Part shown: piece by piece, positions 10,015 to 18,729 of the stretch
Layout of the letters: each line of letters starts with the position of its first letter
Numbering within the stretch: the stretch's first letter is position 1
Source of the DNA: an uncultured Gammaproteobacteria bacterium
GTDB taxonomy: Bacteria; Pseudomonadota; Gammaproteobacteria; Steroidobacterales; UBA11654
Length of the DNA stretch: 64,000 nucleotides
Assembly (NCBI GenBank): GCA_902553145.1
Contig: CACDKD010000001.1
Location: 89,786-153,785 of the forward strand
Direction of reading: 5' to 3'
Made by a program: the position numbers and the translations under genes
The notes under the pieces: model-generated
Seen by the model: only the letters and a program-made list of their open reading frames with translations
What the model was told of the DNA's origin: nothing
Database searches by the model: none

Positions 10015-10550
10015 TAAACAACCCTCACCGTTGTTCCCTCTATTGTTGGTTGATTTTTTTTGCTTTTGGCGATTTTTTTTCTAAGCCTTTGAAGTTTTAC
10101 ATCAGGAACATAATCAATAAAAAGCTTTCCGTCTAAGTGGTCTATTTCATGCTGAACGCATATCGACAACAGGTCGTCCAATGATTCTTCGAGCCTAACT
10201 CCATTGAGGTCTTGGTATTCGAGAGTGATGTTTTCATATCGCTTGATTGTTGTTCTGATTTCAGGAACAGAGAGGCAGCCCTCGCTGCTGTCAACCGATC
10301 CTGACGGTTGCTTTATTTTTGGGTTGACAAAAATACATGGGTTATTCCTGTCTTCTGAAACATCGACGACTATGAGTCTAATTGTTTGATTAACCTGGGG
10401 CGCTGCTAAGCCTATTCCATTTGATTGGTACATGATTTCTAGCATCTTATCTGCTAAGGCCTTCAACTCTTTGTTAAAGACTTCGACAGAGACAGATAAC
10501 CGCCTCAGCCTTTCATCTGGAAATTGTAAAATTTCTAAGTTCTCAAACAT
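10014..10550 (-). CDS. def: Peptide deformylase
   Basis: GIGLAAPQV, EGCLS and QHEIDHLDG. Confidence 0.97.
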   Translation of the reverse strand: MFENLEILQFPDERLRRLSVSVEVFNKELKALADKMLEIMYQSNGIGLAAPQVNQTIRLIVVDVSEDRNNPCIFVNPKIKQPSGSVDSSEGCLSVPEIRTTIKRYENITLEYQDLNGVRLEESLDDLLSICVQHEIDHLDGKLFIDYVPDVKLQRLRKKIAKSKKNQPTIEGTTVRVV

Positions 10551-10653
10551 GTCAAAACACCACTAAATAAGGGAAAGTTATCTTATCACGATGTTGTTGT
10601 TTTTTTCCAAAAATAGCATTTCCTAGCGGATGAAATAATTTCAAAAAAATACG

Positions 10654-10682
10654 TTGACCTTGTGTCTTTTTTGATTCATGCT
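10654..10682 (+). promoter_or_regulatory. Putative sigma70 promoter for smg-topA (TTGACC-17 nt-CATGCT)
   Basis: Near-consensus -35 with a 17-nt spacer and a weaker -10. Confidence 0.4.
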
Positions 10683-10708
10683 CGAAGTAATTTAATTGTT
10701 ATCCTTCA

Positions 10709-11197
10709 ATGAACCAAAACATAAAAGAAGATTTTCTCGATATCCTTCTGTATCTATTTGAATATTACTCTGAAGATCCTGTGAGAGAGTCAGATACTTC
10801 ATTTGTGATTCGTGATCACCTCATTGATGCAGGCTTTCAAGATGTTGCGATTGATCATGCAATGGATTGGGTCGAGATTTTCAAAAACCCAAAAGAAGGC
10901 ATGATGCTTCGCACCCCAAGCAATTCCTCCGTAAGAATATTAAGTGATGACGAGAAAAATCTGCTTGATGTAGAGTGTCAAAACTATATCTCTCGCCTCG
11001 AGAAGTTTGGCCTTCTCGCTCCAGAAAAACGAGAATTATTGATCGATAAACTCACATCGATAGGTTTCGAACCTATGGATTTGGAGGTAGTAAAGGCGTT
11101 GAGCATTTTGATGCTTTTTCAGGAGCCGTCGGTCGAAGTCAAACTTCACGCTTATGAAAATGAAGAAATAATTGATTCTCCAAAAACATTGAATTAA
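10709..11197 (+). CDS. smg: Smg / DUF494 family protein
   Basis: LDILLYLFEYY N-terminus, L..AGF...I..A..W pattern, and position between def and topA. Confidence 0.85.
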   Translation: MNQNIKEDFLDILLYLFEYYSEDPVRESDTSFVIRDHLIDAGFQDVAIDHAMDWVEIFKNPKEGMMLRTPSNSSVRILSDDEKNLLDVECQNYISRLEKFGLLAPEKRELLIDKLTSIGFEPMDLEVVKALSILMLFQEPSVEVKLHAYENEEIIDSPKTLN

Positions 11198-11258
11198 TAA
11201 TTCTTTTATATTTATAATCACAGCCTCACGAACCCTAGTTCTGATTTTTTAATTTGTT

Positions 11259-13724
11259 ATGAGTAAATTAGTGATAGTTGAGTCGCCTGCAAAGGCAAAA
11301 ACGATCCAGAAATATCTGGGCGATGATTTTACTGTCTTGCCAACCATAGGTCATATTAGGGAACTTCCAAAAAAAGATGCGATTGATCCAAACAATGGTT
11401 ATTCCATGAAATACATAGTCAGCCCAGGAAAGGAAGATGCAGTAAAAAAGATTAAGAGAGATGCAAAAAGTGCGGAACAAGTAATACTCGCAACAGACCC
11501 AGATAGAGAGGGGGAAGCTATTGCTTGGCATGTTGCTGATATTATTTCAAATGCAAAATTCGAGCTGCCAGATATTAAGCGAGCTGTATTTTATGAAATA
11601 AGCGAAAAAGCGGTTAAAGATGCTGTGGGCAACCCTGGCGAGATAGCTATGGATCTTGTTCAGTCCCAAGAAACCAGAAGGGCTCTGGATAGGCACTTTG
11701 GGTTTTCTTTATCTCCTTTGTTGTGGCGACTATTTCCTAGCAACAATCACTCAGCCGGAAGAGTTCAAAGCCCTGCGCTACGGATGATTGTTGAGCGTGA
11801 AAGAGAAATTGAAGCTTTTGTTCCCCAAGAATACTGGACCATTTCAGCGAAACTAGAAAAAGATGATGAATACGATGCGAAGCTATCAGTTTTTAAAGAA
11901 GAGCCTGTTAAAAAGTTCACATTTGATTCAACCGCACTCGTTGAAGAGGCGAGCAAGGCTTTGGAGGACAGTTGTAAAACGGGTCTTGTTGCCAAGTCGA
12001 TCACCAAAAAAACCATTAAGCGTTCGCCGAGAGAGCCTTTTAGAACGTCTGTGCTTCAGCAGCAAGCATCCAATAGGTTTGGCTTTACGCCGAAAAGGAC
12101 TATGCAGATCGCTCAATCGCTCTATGCTCGTGAGGGCGGTGGTCTAATCACCTATATTAGAACTGATTCAATTGAAATTGATGAGGGAAAGCTTCCTTCT
12201 GTAAGAGACCAGGTTGCTTATATGTTTGGGGATGATTTTGTTCAACCAAGGAATTATAAAAATAAAAAAGAGGCCAAGAATGTTCAGGAAGCGCACGGTG
12301 CGATAACCCCTGTTGATATAAGCCTTATTCCAACTGAGGCCAAAAAGGTTCTCATAGATGATGAGTTCAAACTCTACCAGCTAATCTGGCAAAGAACAGT
12401 TGCATCCCAAATGAAGGACGCGCTTTTTGAGAGAACTTCTATTGAATTTGTGCCTACTGGAGATGAAGGTCTGGCGACGTTTTCTTTTTCTGATCAGGAA
12501 CTTATTTTTAGTGGTTATTTGGAGGCAACCCAAGAAGAGGTTACTAACAATAAGCCTCCCTTAATCAATGAAAATGATTCAATAGAGTTCAAGGGGCTCA
12601 TAAAAACCCAGCATTTCACAGACCCGCCTCCTCGTTACAATGACGCAAGCATGATCAAGGCTCTTGAAGAAAAAGGCATTGGAAGGCCTTCAACATATGC
12701 AGACATACTCTCTAAACTAACGGATAGAAATTATGTTTGGTTGAAGCAAAAAAGATATGAGCCCTCTGATATGGGCAGGCTTGTAAGCAATTTCCTGAAC
12801 GAGCGATTTGGTGGATATATCAGTGATGAGTTTACCTCAAATATGGAAAACAACTTAGATGAAATCTCTAGTGGAAAAAAGAGTAAGGAAGATGTTCTGA
12901 ATGACTTCTGGTCTCCGTTGATAGATACGGTGGATGAGGTCAGCGATGTAGTTACGAGAAAAGATGTAAACCCACAAAGGCCTTTAGGCAATCATCCTGA
13001 AACAGGCCGTCCTGTATTCGCTAGAATGACAAAAAACGGCCCAGCAGTTCAAGTGGGCGACATGGATAAAGACGAAAAGCTTGAGTGGGCTGCTATAAAA
13101 GAGGGTCAGTCGCTGTTTTCGATTGATCTTGAGATTGCATGTGAGCTTCTCAACAAGCCGAGCGAAAACATACTTGGTTACCACCCTGAAACTAACGAGC
13201 CAGTGATTGTTAGAGAGGCAAGGTACGGTCCGACCGTTCAGCTTGGGTCGAAGGAAGGTGGCAATAAACCAAGGTACGTTGGCTTGCTGAAAACAGATTC
13301 TATTGATGAAATCACATTTGAAAGGGCCTTAGATTATTTAAGTTTGCCAAAAGAGTTGGGTGTTGATCCTGAGTCAGGGGAAAAGGTTCTTGTGACTATC
13401 GGTCCTTATGGTCCTTATTTCAAACGTGGTTCAAAAAACTTTAGGGGTCGAAAAGGGCTTGATCCATTTTCAGTTGAGCTTGAGGAGGCTCTTTTAAGCA
13501 TATCAAGCTCGAAAGGCTCTGGCGCTCTTAAAACCTTTGATGACAGTCCCGTTAAAATTGTTGATGGAAGATGGGGTGCTTATGTCACAGACGGTAAAAA
13601 GAATGCCTCGGTACCCAAAGACAAAGACCCAGAGAGCCTAGAACTTCAGGATTGTTTGGAACTACTAGAAAAGGCTCCTGCCAAAAAAAGAGGTAAGAGA
13701 AAATCAAAGAAAGCAGCCAAGTAG
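11259..13724 (+). CDS. topA: DNA topoisomerase I (type IA) with C-terminal repeats rather than Zn ribbons
   Basis: LVIVESPAKAK, ATDPDREGE, SAGRVQS, ITYIRTDS and GIGRPSTYA. The C-terminus has GHP/GPYGPY/GRWGAY repeats and a Lys-rich tail. Confidence 0.97.
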   Translation: MSKLVIVESPAKAKTIQKYLGDDFTVLPTIGHIRELPKKDAIDPNNGYSMKYIVSPGKEDAVKKIKRDAKSAEQVILATDPDREGEAIAWHVADIISNAKFELPDIKRAVFYEISEKAVKDAVGNPGEIAMDLVQSQETRRALDRHFGFSLSPLLWRLFPSNNHSAGRVQSPALRMIVEREREIEAFVPQEYWTISAKLEKDDEYDAKLSVFKEEPVKKFTFDSTALVEEASKALEDSCKTGLVAKSITKKTIKRSPREPFRTSVLQQQASNRFGFTPKRTMQIAQSLYAREGGGLITYIRTDSIEIDEGKLPSVRDQVAYMFGDDFVQPRNYKNKKEAKNVQEAHGAITPVDISLIPTEAKKVLIDDEFKLYQLIWQRTVASQMKDALFERTSIEFVPTGDEGLATFSFSDQELIFSGYLEATQEEVTNNKPPLINENDSIEFKGLIKTQHFTDPPPRYNDASMIKALEEKGIGRPSTYADILSKLTDRNYVWLKQKRYEPSDMGRLVSNFLNERFGGYISDEFTSNMENNLDEISSGKKSKEDVLNDFWSPLIDTVDEVSDVVTRKDVNPQRPLGNHPETGRPVFARMTKNGPAVQVGDMDKDEKLEWAAIKEGQSLFSIDLEIACELLNKPSENILGYHPETNEPVIVREARYGPTVQLGSKEGGNKPRYVGLLKTDSIDEITFERALDYLSLPKELGVDPESGEKVLVTIGPYGPYFKRGSKNFRGRKGLDPFSVELEEALLSISSSKGSGALKTFDDSPVKIVDGRWGAYVTDGKKNASVPKDKDPESLELQDCLELLEKAPAKKRGKRKSKKAAK

Positions 13725-14248
13725 TCAAGACGCTTGGGTCGGGAGGTATAATTGCATACCCAACTGATACCGTTTACGGTATGGGCTGTGATCCAAAAAA
13801 CAAGGAGGCGGTTCAGAGGCTTCTTGAAATAAAGCAAAGACCCAAAGATATGGGCTTGATATTGTTGGGTGCCTCTATAGATGGGATTGAGAGCTGGATT
13901 GACATCAGCGCCGAACAAAAAGAAATCATTGAAGGCAAAAACAGTGTTCCAACGACATATTTGGTTCCAAAAAAAGAAGCTGCTCCTTCTTGGATATCAG
14001 GAAAACATGCTTCAATTGCCATTAGAATCACACAAAAAGATCCCATTCCGTATCTTCAGTCTGTTTTGGGTTCGCCCATTGTTTCAACAAGTGCTAATTT
14101 TCATGGTGGTGCAGAATTAAAGTCCTTTAAAGAGGTTCAGAAGACGCTCTCAGGAGTGGTTGATTTAATATTGGAAGGCTCATTGGATGCAAAAATCAAA
14201 CCTTCGAGAATTGTTGATATACTTACAAATGAAATAATTCGTGGCTAG
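13703..14248 (+). CDS. tsaC: L-threonylcarbamoyladenylate synthase (Sua5/YrdC); start probably non-canonical ATC at 13703
   Basis: The conserved GGIIAYPTDTVYGMGCD motif lies upstream of the first ATG (13781). KQRP and STSAN motifs are present. In-frame TAA at 13694. Confidence 0.9.
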   Translation: MKESSQVVKTLGSGGIIAYPTDTVYGMGCDPKNKEAVQRLLEIKQRPKDMGLILLGASIDGIESWIDISAEQKEIIEGKNSVPTTYLVPKKEAAPSWISGKHASIAIRITQKDPIPYLQSVLGSPIVSTSANFHGGAELKSFKEVQKTLSGVVDLILEGSLDAKIKPSRIVDILTNEIIRG

Positions 14249-14263
14249 CGAGCACAACAATAA

Positions 14264-15079
14264 GTGGATAAATATGCAGTAATAGGGAACCCAATTGGGC
14301 ACAGTAAGTCGCCTAAAATACACCGCTTATTCGGAGAACAACTTGGGCATAAAGTCGCCTATGAGAAGCTAGAGGCAACAGAAAACAGCTTTTCCGCAGT
14401 CGTTGAGGAGTTTTTTCGCTCTGGTGGAAAAGGCGTGAATGTGACCCTCCCTTTCAAAGGGTTGGCGTATGAATTTTCAGATGTGCTTGGTGCTCACGCA
14501 AAAAACTGCGGCGCTGTAAATACGCTTTCATTTTCTGAAGATGGTCGCGTCTATGGTGAAAGCACTGATGGTGTTGGGCTTATAACAGACCTAAACAATC
14601 ACAATATAACAATCGAAGACCGTTCTGTTCTCTTGATTGGCGCTGGAGGAACCGCCAAAAGCATCTTGCCATCTATCATTGAGATGAACCCTAAAACCAT
14701 CGCCCTAACCAACAGAACGAAAAAAAATGCCGAGTCATTGAGGGGTGCATTTCTTCATCTTTTTCAGATTGATTGTGTTTTGGGTGAAAGTATCGACAGA
14801 AATTATGACTTGGTGATAAACACGACGTCTTCGCAATTATCAAACGTGGTTCCCTCTATTAATTCTATTGCCGTCAAAGGCGCTGACTCATATGATGTCA
14901 ATTATTCTTGGGAGCAAACGCTTTTTCAAAGCTGGTCGAGTGATAATGGCTCAAGCACAGCTCTGCAGGGCTGGGGGATGTTAGTGGAGCAGGCTGCTGA
15001 ATCTTTTTCTATTTGGAGAGGAATTCGCCCTGAAACATCTGATGTGGTTGATCGCCTGCAGGCAGAAGTTGAGAATTAG
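14264..15079 (+). CDS. aroE: Shikimate dehydrogenase
   Basis: GNPIGHSKSP, NVTLPFK, GAVNT, GAGG and GMLVEQAAESF. Confidence 0.96.
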   Translation: MDKYAVIGNPIGHSKSPKIHRLFGEQLGHKVAYEKLEATENSFSAVVEEFFRSGGKGVNVTLPFKGLAYEFSDVLGAHAKNCGAVNTLSFSEDGRVYGESTDGVGLITDLNNHNITIEDRSVLLIGAGGTAKSILPSIIEMNPKTIALTNRTKKNAESLRGAFLHLFQIDCVLGESIDRNYDLVINTTSSQLSNVVPSINSIAVKGADSYDVNYSWEQTLFQSWSSDNGSSTALQGWGMLVEQAAESFSIWRGIRPETSDVVDRLQAEVEN

Positions 15080-15339
15080 TCACACCATACGTCATATATA
15101 GTGGAATAATTTGCTGCTTGTTGTGAGTAAAAAGCAATAGCTTCATAAAGCTCTTTTTTTTCCGCGTCTTTTTCAAGCTCTTGCCAGTAATAATCTTGAA
15201 CCATTAAAAGTTCGGCAATGCCGTTTTTCAGTTCAGAGCATTCGTCTTTGTTCATGAGCTGATTAGAGTTTTTGTGTCCGTCTGCGAGGATAGGGGTTGC
15301 CATTAAAAACAGCGTGGCAAGCATCGTTAACTTCTTCAT
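15076..15339 (-). CDS. Small exported hypothetical protein (two Cys, helical)
   Basis: Signal peptide MKKLTMLATLFLMATPILA; AGGAG Shine-Dalgarno upstream. Confidence 0.75.
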   Translation of the reverse strand: MKKLTMLATLFLMATPILADGHKNSNQLMNKDECSELKNGIAELLMVQDYYWQELEKDAEKKELYEAIAFYSQQAANYSTIYDVWCD

Positions 15340-15355
15340 TTATTTCTCCTTTATT

Positions 15356-15580
15356 CTATTTACTTAAAAAAGCTTCAAGATCATCGAAGCCTCCAATGTG
15401 TTTTCCATCGACTATGATTTGAGGGAAGGTTCTAGCTCCTGGGAACCTTTCTAATATGAGGCCCATTTCAAAATCTTTGCCCAACTCTTGGTAATCAAAG
15501 TCAATCCCTTTTTGTGAGCACAGCATTTTTGCTTTTTCGCAATGAATGCAATCGGTTTTTCCAAAAATTTCTGCTTTCAT
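15356..15580 (-). CDS. Glutaredoxin
   Basis: CIHC dithiol and TFPQIIVDGKHIGGFDDL motif. Confidence 0.92.
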   Translation of the reverse strand: MKAEIFGKTDCIHCEKAKMLCSQKGIDFDYQELGKDFEMGLILERFPGARTFPQIIVDGKHIGGFDDLEAFLSK

Positions 15581-15673
15581 GTTTTTTTATCTGAGGATCT
15601 TTATTAAATAAATATAGATGTTTTTTAATAATATATCATTACATTCACAATCAAATGGTTTACATTCTGGTTT

Positions 15674-16438
15674 ATGAAAATTGCAAGCTGGAACGTCAAC
15701 GGAATACGAGCAAGAATTGACCATGTAACTGCATGGATCGAAGAAAATCAACCAGACGTGCTGGCCTTGCAGGAAACAAAAGTTGTAGATGAATTGTTTC
15801 CTTACGATGTTTTTGAGTCTTTGTCCTATTCTGTTGAGGCCTTTGGTCAAAAATCATACAACGGCGTAGCCAACATAACAAAAGCCAGCTCAGCCCAAAC
15901 AAACAAAGGAATCACTGGTCTTGTTGACCCGCAAACGAGGGTGATCTCGACCACCCATGAAGATGTCAGAGTGGTTAATGTATATGTTCCAAATGGCCAA
16001 GCTGTTGGTTCTGAGAAGTTTGATTACAAGCTTGATTGGTTGGAGCATCTCATAAAAATGCTTAAAGACGATTTAAAAAAGCATCCAAAGATGGTTGTTC
16101 TGGGTGATTTTAATATAGCTCCAAGCGATCAAGATGTTCACGATCCCGAAAAATGGAAAGATAAAATTTTATGCAGTGCTCAAGAACGAACCATGTTTGA
16201 AGAGATTCTTTCTTTAGGGTTCAAAGACAGTTTTCGTTTATTTGAAAAAGGGGCTGGATTTCATAGTTGGTGGGATTACAGGACTGCCGCATATACTAAA
16301 GAGCTTGGTTTGAGAATAGATTTGTTGCTTGTGTCTAATGAGCTCGAGCCTTTGTGTAAAAAAAGTTATATCGATGAAAAGCCCAGGTGGCTAGAAAAGC
16401 CCTCAGATCACACCCCTGTCGTGATTGAGCTTAGCTGA
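15674..16438 (+). CDS. xth: Exodeoxyribonuclease III
   Basis: SWNVNGIRAR, LQETK, YVPNG, GDFNIAP, WWDYR, GLRID and SDHTP. Confidence 0.96.
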   Translation: MKIASWNVNGIRARIDHVTAWIEENQPDVLALQETKVVDELFPYDVFESLSYSVEAFGQKSYNGVANITKASSAQTNKGITGLVDPQTRVISTTHEDVRVVNVYVPNGQAVGSEKFDYKLDWLEHLIKMLKDDLKKHPKMVVLGDFNIAPSDQDVHDPEKWKDKILCSAQERTMFEEILSLGFKDSFRLFEKGAGFHSWWDYRTAAYTKELGLRIDLLLVSNELEPLCKKSYIDEKPRWLEKPSDHTPVVIELS

Positions 16439-17666
16439 TCACCCTTAAGCACTGATTGATTGTGTCCACCAATAAGTCCGCGTGTTCTTTCTTGAAGGTC
16501 ATCGGAGGCCTTAATTTTATCACGCTATTTTTAGGCCCTGTTTTACCAACCAAAACACCTTGATGCATCATATCCTCCATCGCTTTTGCTGTCTTTGAAG
16601 GGTCATCAAGCTCAATGCCTAAAAAAAGGCCCTTTCCCCTTATTTCGACAACGCTTTCATTCTCTTCCAGGGTTTTCTTAAGTTGTTTTTTTAGATAGCT
16701 CCCAACCTCTCCGGCTTGTTCTATGAGATTGTCTTCTTCAAGAATATCCAAAACAGAAAGTGCTGCTGCTGCAGAGACGGGATTTCCTCCAAATGTATTG
16801 AAGTAAGAATTTCCATTGTAAGCCTTATCCAAAGACTCGATCATCTCTCTGCGAGTAAGGAGAGCAGAGACTGGGTGGCCATTTCCCATAGGTTTGCCCA
16901 TTGTGAGAATATCGGGAATAACTGAGTCATCTTGGTAGCCCCACATCTGCTCGCCAAGTCTACCAAACCCTGACTGAACCTCGTCCGCAATAACAACACC
17001 TCCATAGCTTCTAATCTCTCGGTAGATGCTTTTTAGAAACCCCTTTGGTATCTCATAAATCCCGTCGCTGCTAAAAATACTATCAGCAATAAAACAAGCA
17101 ACTCCATAGCCGCTATCAATAAGGTCTTCGGCTTCTTCTTTCAATGTTTGAATATAGGCGCTTTGATTCTCTAAAAAACTTCTAGGCCCTGGTATTGTTT
17201 TTACCCAGTCTTTTCTATGCTCTTTTGGGCAATCCTCTGGGCTTAGCTGAAAAATCTCTGTTGTGTTTCCATGGTATGCGTTTGAAAGAACAATGCATCC
17301 TTGGTGTTTTGTATGTGCCTTTGCGATTTGAGCGGCCAAATCATTTGCCTCACTGCCTGAACAACAGAAGTAGGCCACATCTAGGTGGTTTTGAGTTGAA
17401 ACTGCCAGTCTTTCGGCAAGCTTAACAATATTTTCGTGGAGGTATCTGGTGTTTGTATTCAAAGCATTGCTTTGTTTGGTTATTGCTTCTATTACCCTTG
17501 GGTTAGCGTGACCAACGTGTGCCACATTGTTATAAACATCTAGAAACCTTTTGCCCTTGTCATCAATCAACCAAACATCTTCGCCTTTAACTATGTGAAG
17601 CGGCTTTTTATAAAAATATTTCTGGCCATTTCCAAGGTGTTTCTCTCTCCTGCTTAGTATGCTCAT
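16431..17666 (-). CDS. Class III PLP enzyme, ETNPPL/PHYKPL (AGXT2L1/2)-like phospho-lyase or aminotransferase
   Basis: NNVAHVGH, NTNTRYLH, SGSEANDLA, DEVQSGFGR, TMGKPMGNGHP and YFNTFGGNPV match the ethanolamine-phosphate/hydroxylysine-phosphate lyase subfamily. Confidence 0.85.
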   Translation of the reverse strand: MSILSRREKHLGNGQKYFYKKPLHIVKGEDVWLIDDKGKRFLDVYNNVAHVGHANPRVIEAITKQSNALNTNTRYLHENIVKLAERLAVSTQNHLDVAYFCCSGSEANDLAAQIAKAHTKHQGCIVLSNAYHGNTTEIFQLSPEDCPKEHRKDWVKTIPGPRSFLENQSAYIQTLKEEAEDLIDSGYGVACFIADSIFSSDGIYEIPKGFLKSIYREIRSYGGVVIADEVQSGFGRLGEQMWGYQDDSVIPDILTMGKPMGNGHPVSALLTRREMIESLDKAYNGNSYFNTFGGNPVSAAAALSVLDILEEDNLIEQAGEVGSYLKKQLKKTLEENESVVEIRGKGLFLGIELDDPSKTAKAMEDMMHQGVLVGKTGPKNSVIKLRPPMTFKKEHADLLVDTINQCLRVIS

Positions 17667-17670
17667 TTAT

Positions 17671-18729
17671 TCAGATCTCTTTTAGGAGTTCGCTAAGCTG
17701 TCTTCCGGTTTTTTCAATCTCTTCTTCTTTTATTTCTTTAAAAACAGACCATGTGTGGTCAATATTTCCTAGAATATATTCTTTGTTTTCTGGGTGCTTA
17801 CCTGCCCTCCACTCATTTATAGTCAAAGACATGGCGATTCTATTATAAGCTAACATCGGTAATAGCCTGATCTCACTCTCTGAAAGCTTTTTTTCATTAT
17901 GGTATGCAGATAAAAGGGTTTTTGAGCCTTGATAAAGTGATCCCATCCTTATAATTTCATATGAGCAAGCTACAGCAAGGTCGTTGATTAGTGGTGCATG
18001 GAGCATGTCTCCAAAATCTATCATGCCAACTACAGAGCTTGGTTCATTTCTGGCGACCAAAATATTATCTGGGTTCATATCATTATGAATGATTTGTTTT
18101 CTTTGTTTTGATAACAACTCTTTTGTGTTTTTTTGAAAATAGGCAAGCGCAGATTCAATCATTTTTCTTTTTTGATCGTCTTGTATATTGTCAAGCACAT
18201 CAAAAAGATTTTCTGTTTGTGCAACGTCCCAGAGCAGTCTGTGGTTTTGATTAGGGTGGGAAAAACCATTGAGCCCAATGCCCAACTTTGCCAAAAAATT
18301 GCCCATTGATAGGTGTAGTTTTTGTGGATCTGTGATCTCCGCTCTGATGTCATCTAGGGGAATTCCTTCTAGGTAGCTCACCATTCTTATATAACAATCT
18401 TCTCCATCGATCTCCTTTTGTAGAATATATTCCCCATCTGTATTTTTTTTTGGTTTTGGTAGATTCAGGTTTGTTTTTTGTTTCAAGTAGAGCAGTGCTT
18501 CTGTCTGGAACTCCAGCACACCTCTTTCTTCTTTGTGGTTTGAAATTTTTAGAATTGCTTTATCTTCATTGTTTATGACCAAAAAATTGCGGTCTCTTTC
18601 GCTCACCAAAGGGTTGGCAGTTGCATTCTGGTCAAGATCCATCCAATTCTTTGCTAAATCAAGAGCTTTGTTGATATCGCACGCTGGTGCCGGGTGCTCA
18701 AGAACAGGGAAAGAAAAATTATTACTCAT
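17671..18729 (-). CDS. APH-fold phosphotransferase, hydroxylysine/amino-alcohol kinase (HYKK/AGPHD1)-like
   Basis: LVSERDRNF, HNDMNPDN (Brenner motif) and IDFGD; adjacent to the phospho-lyase-like gene. Confidence 0.85.
   Translation of the reverse strand: MSNNFSFPVLEHPAPACDINKALDLAKNWMDLDQNATANPLVSERDRNFLVINNEDKAILKISNHKEERGVLEFQTEALLYLKQKTNLNLPKPKKNTDGEYILQKEIDGEDCYIRMVSYLEGIPLDDIRAEITDPQKLHLSMGNFLAKLGIGLNGFSHPNQNHRLLWDVAQTENLFDVLDNIQDDQKRKMIESALAYFQKNTKELLSKQRKQIIHNDMNPDNILVARNEPSSVVGMIDFGDMLHAPLINDLAVACSYEIIRMGSLYQGSKTLLSAYHNEKKLSESEIRLLPMLAYNRIAMSLTINEWRAGKHPENKEYILGNIDHTWSVFKEIKEEEIEKTGRQLSELLKEI

Noticed and set aside
13681..13724. -1 frameshift fusing TopA to TsaC at the A7 run
   Set aside because: The -1 frame hits TAA at 13694 right after the run, and no canonical slippery heptamer follows that stop.
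15587..15850. Minus-strand ORF across the grx/xth divergent region
   Set aside because: It overlaps xth antisense and the AT-rich promoter region and has no motifs.
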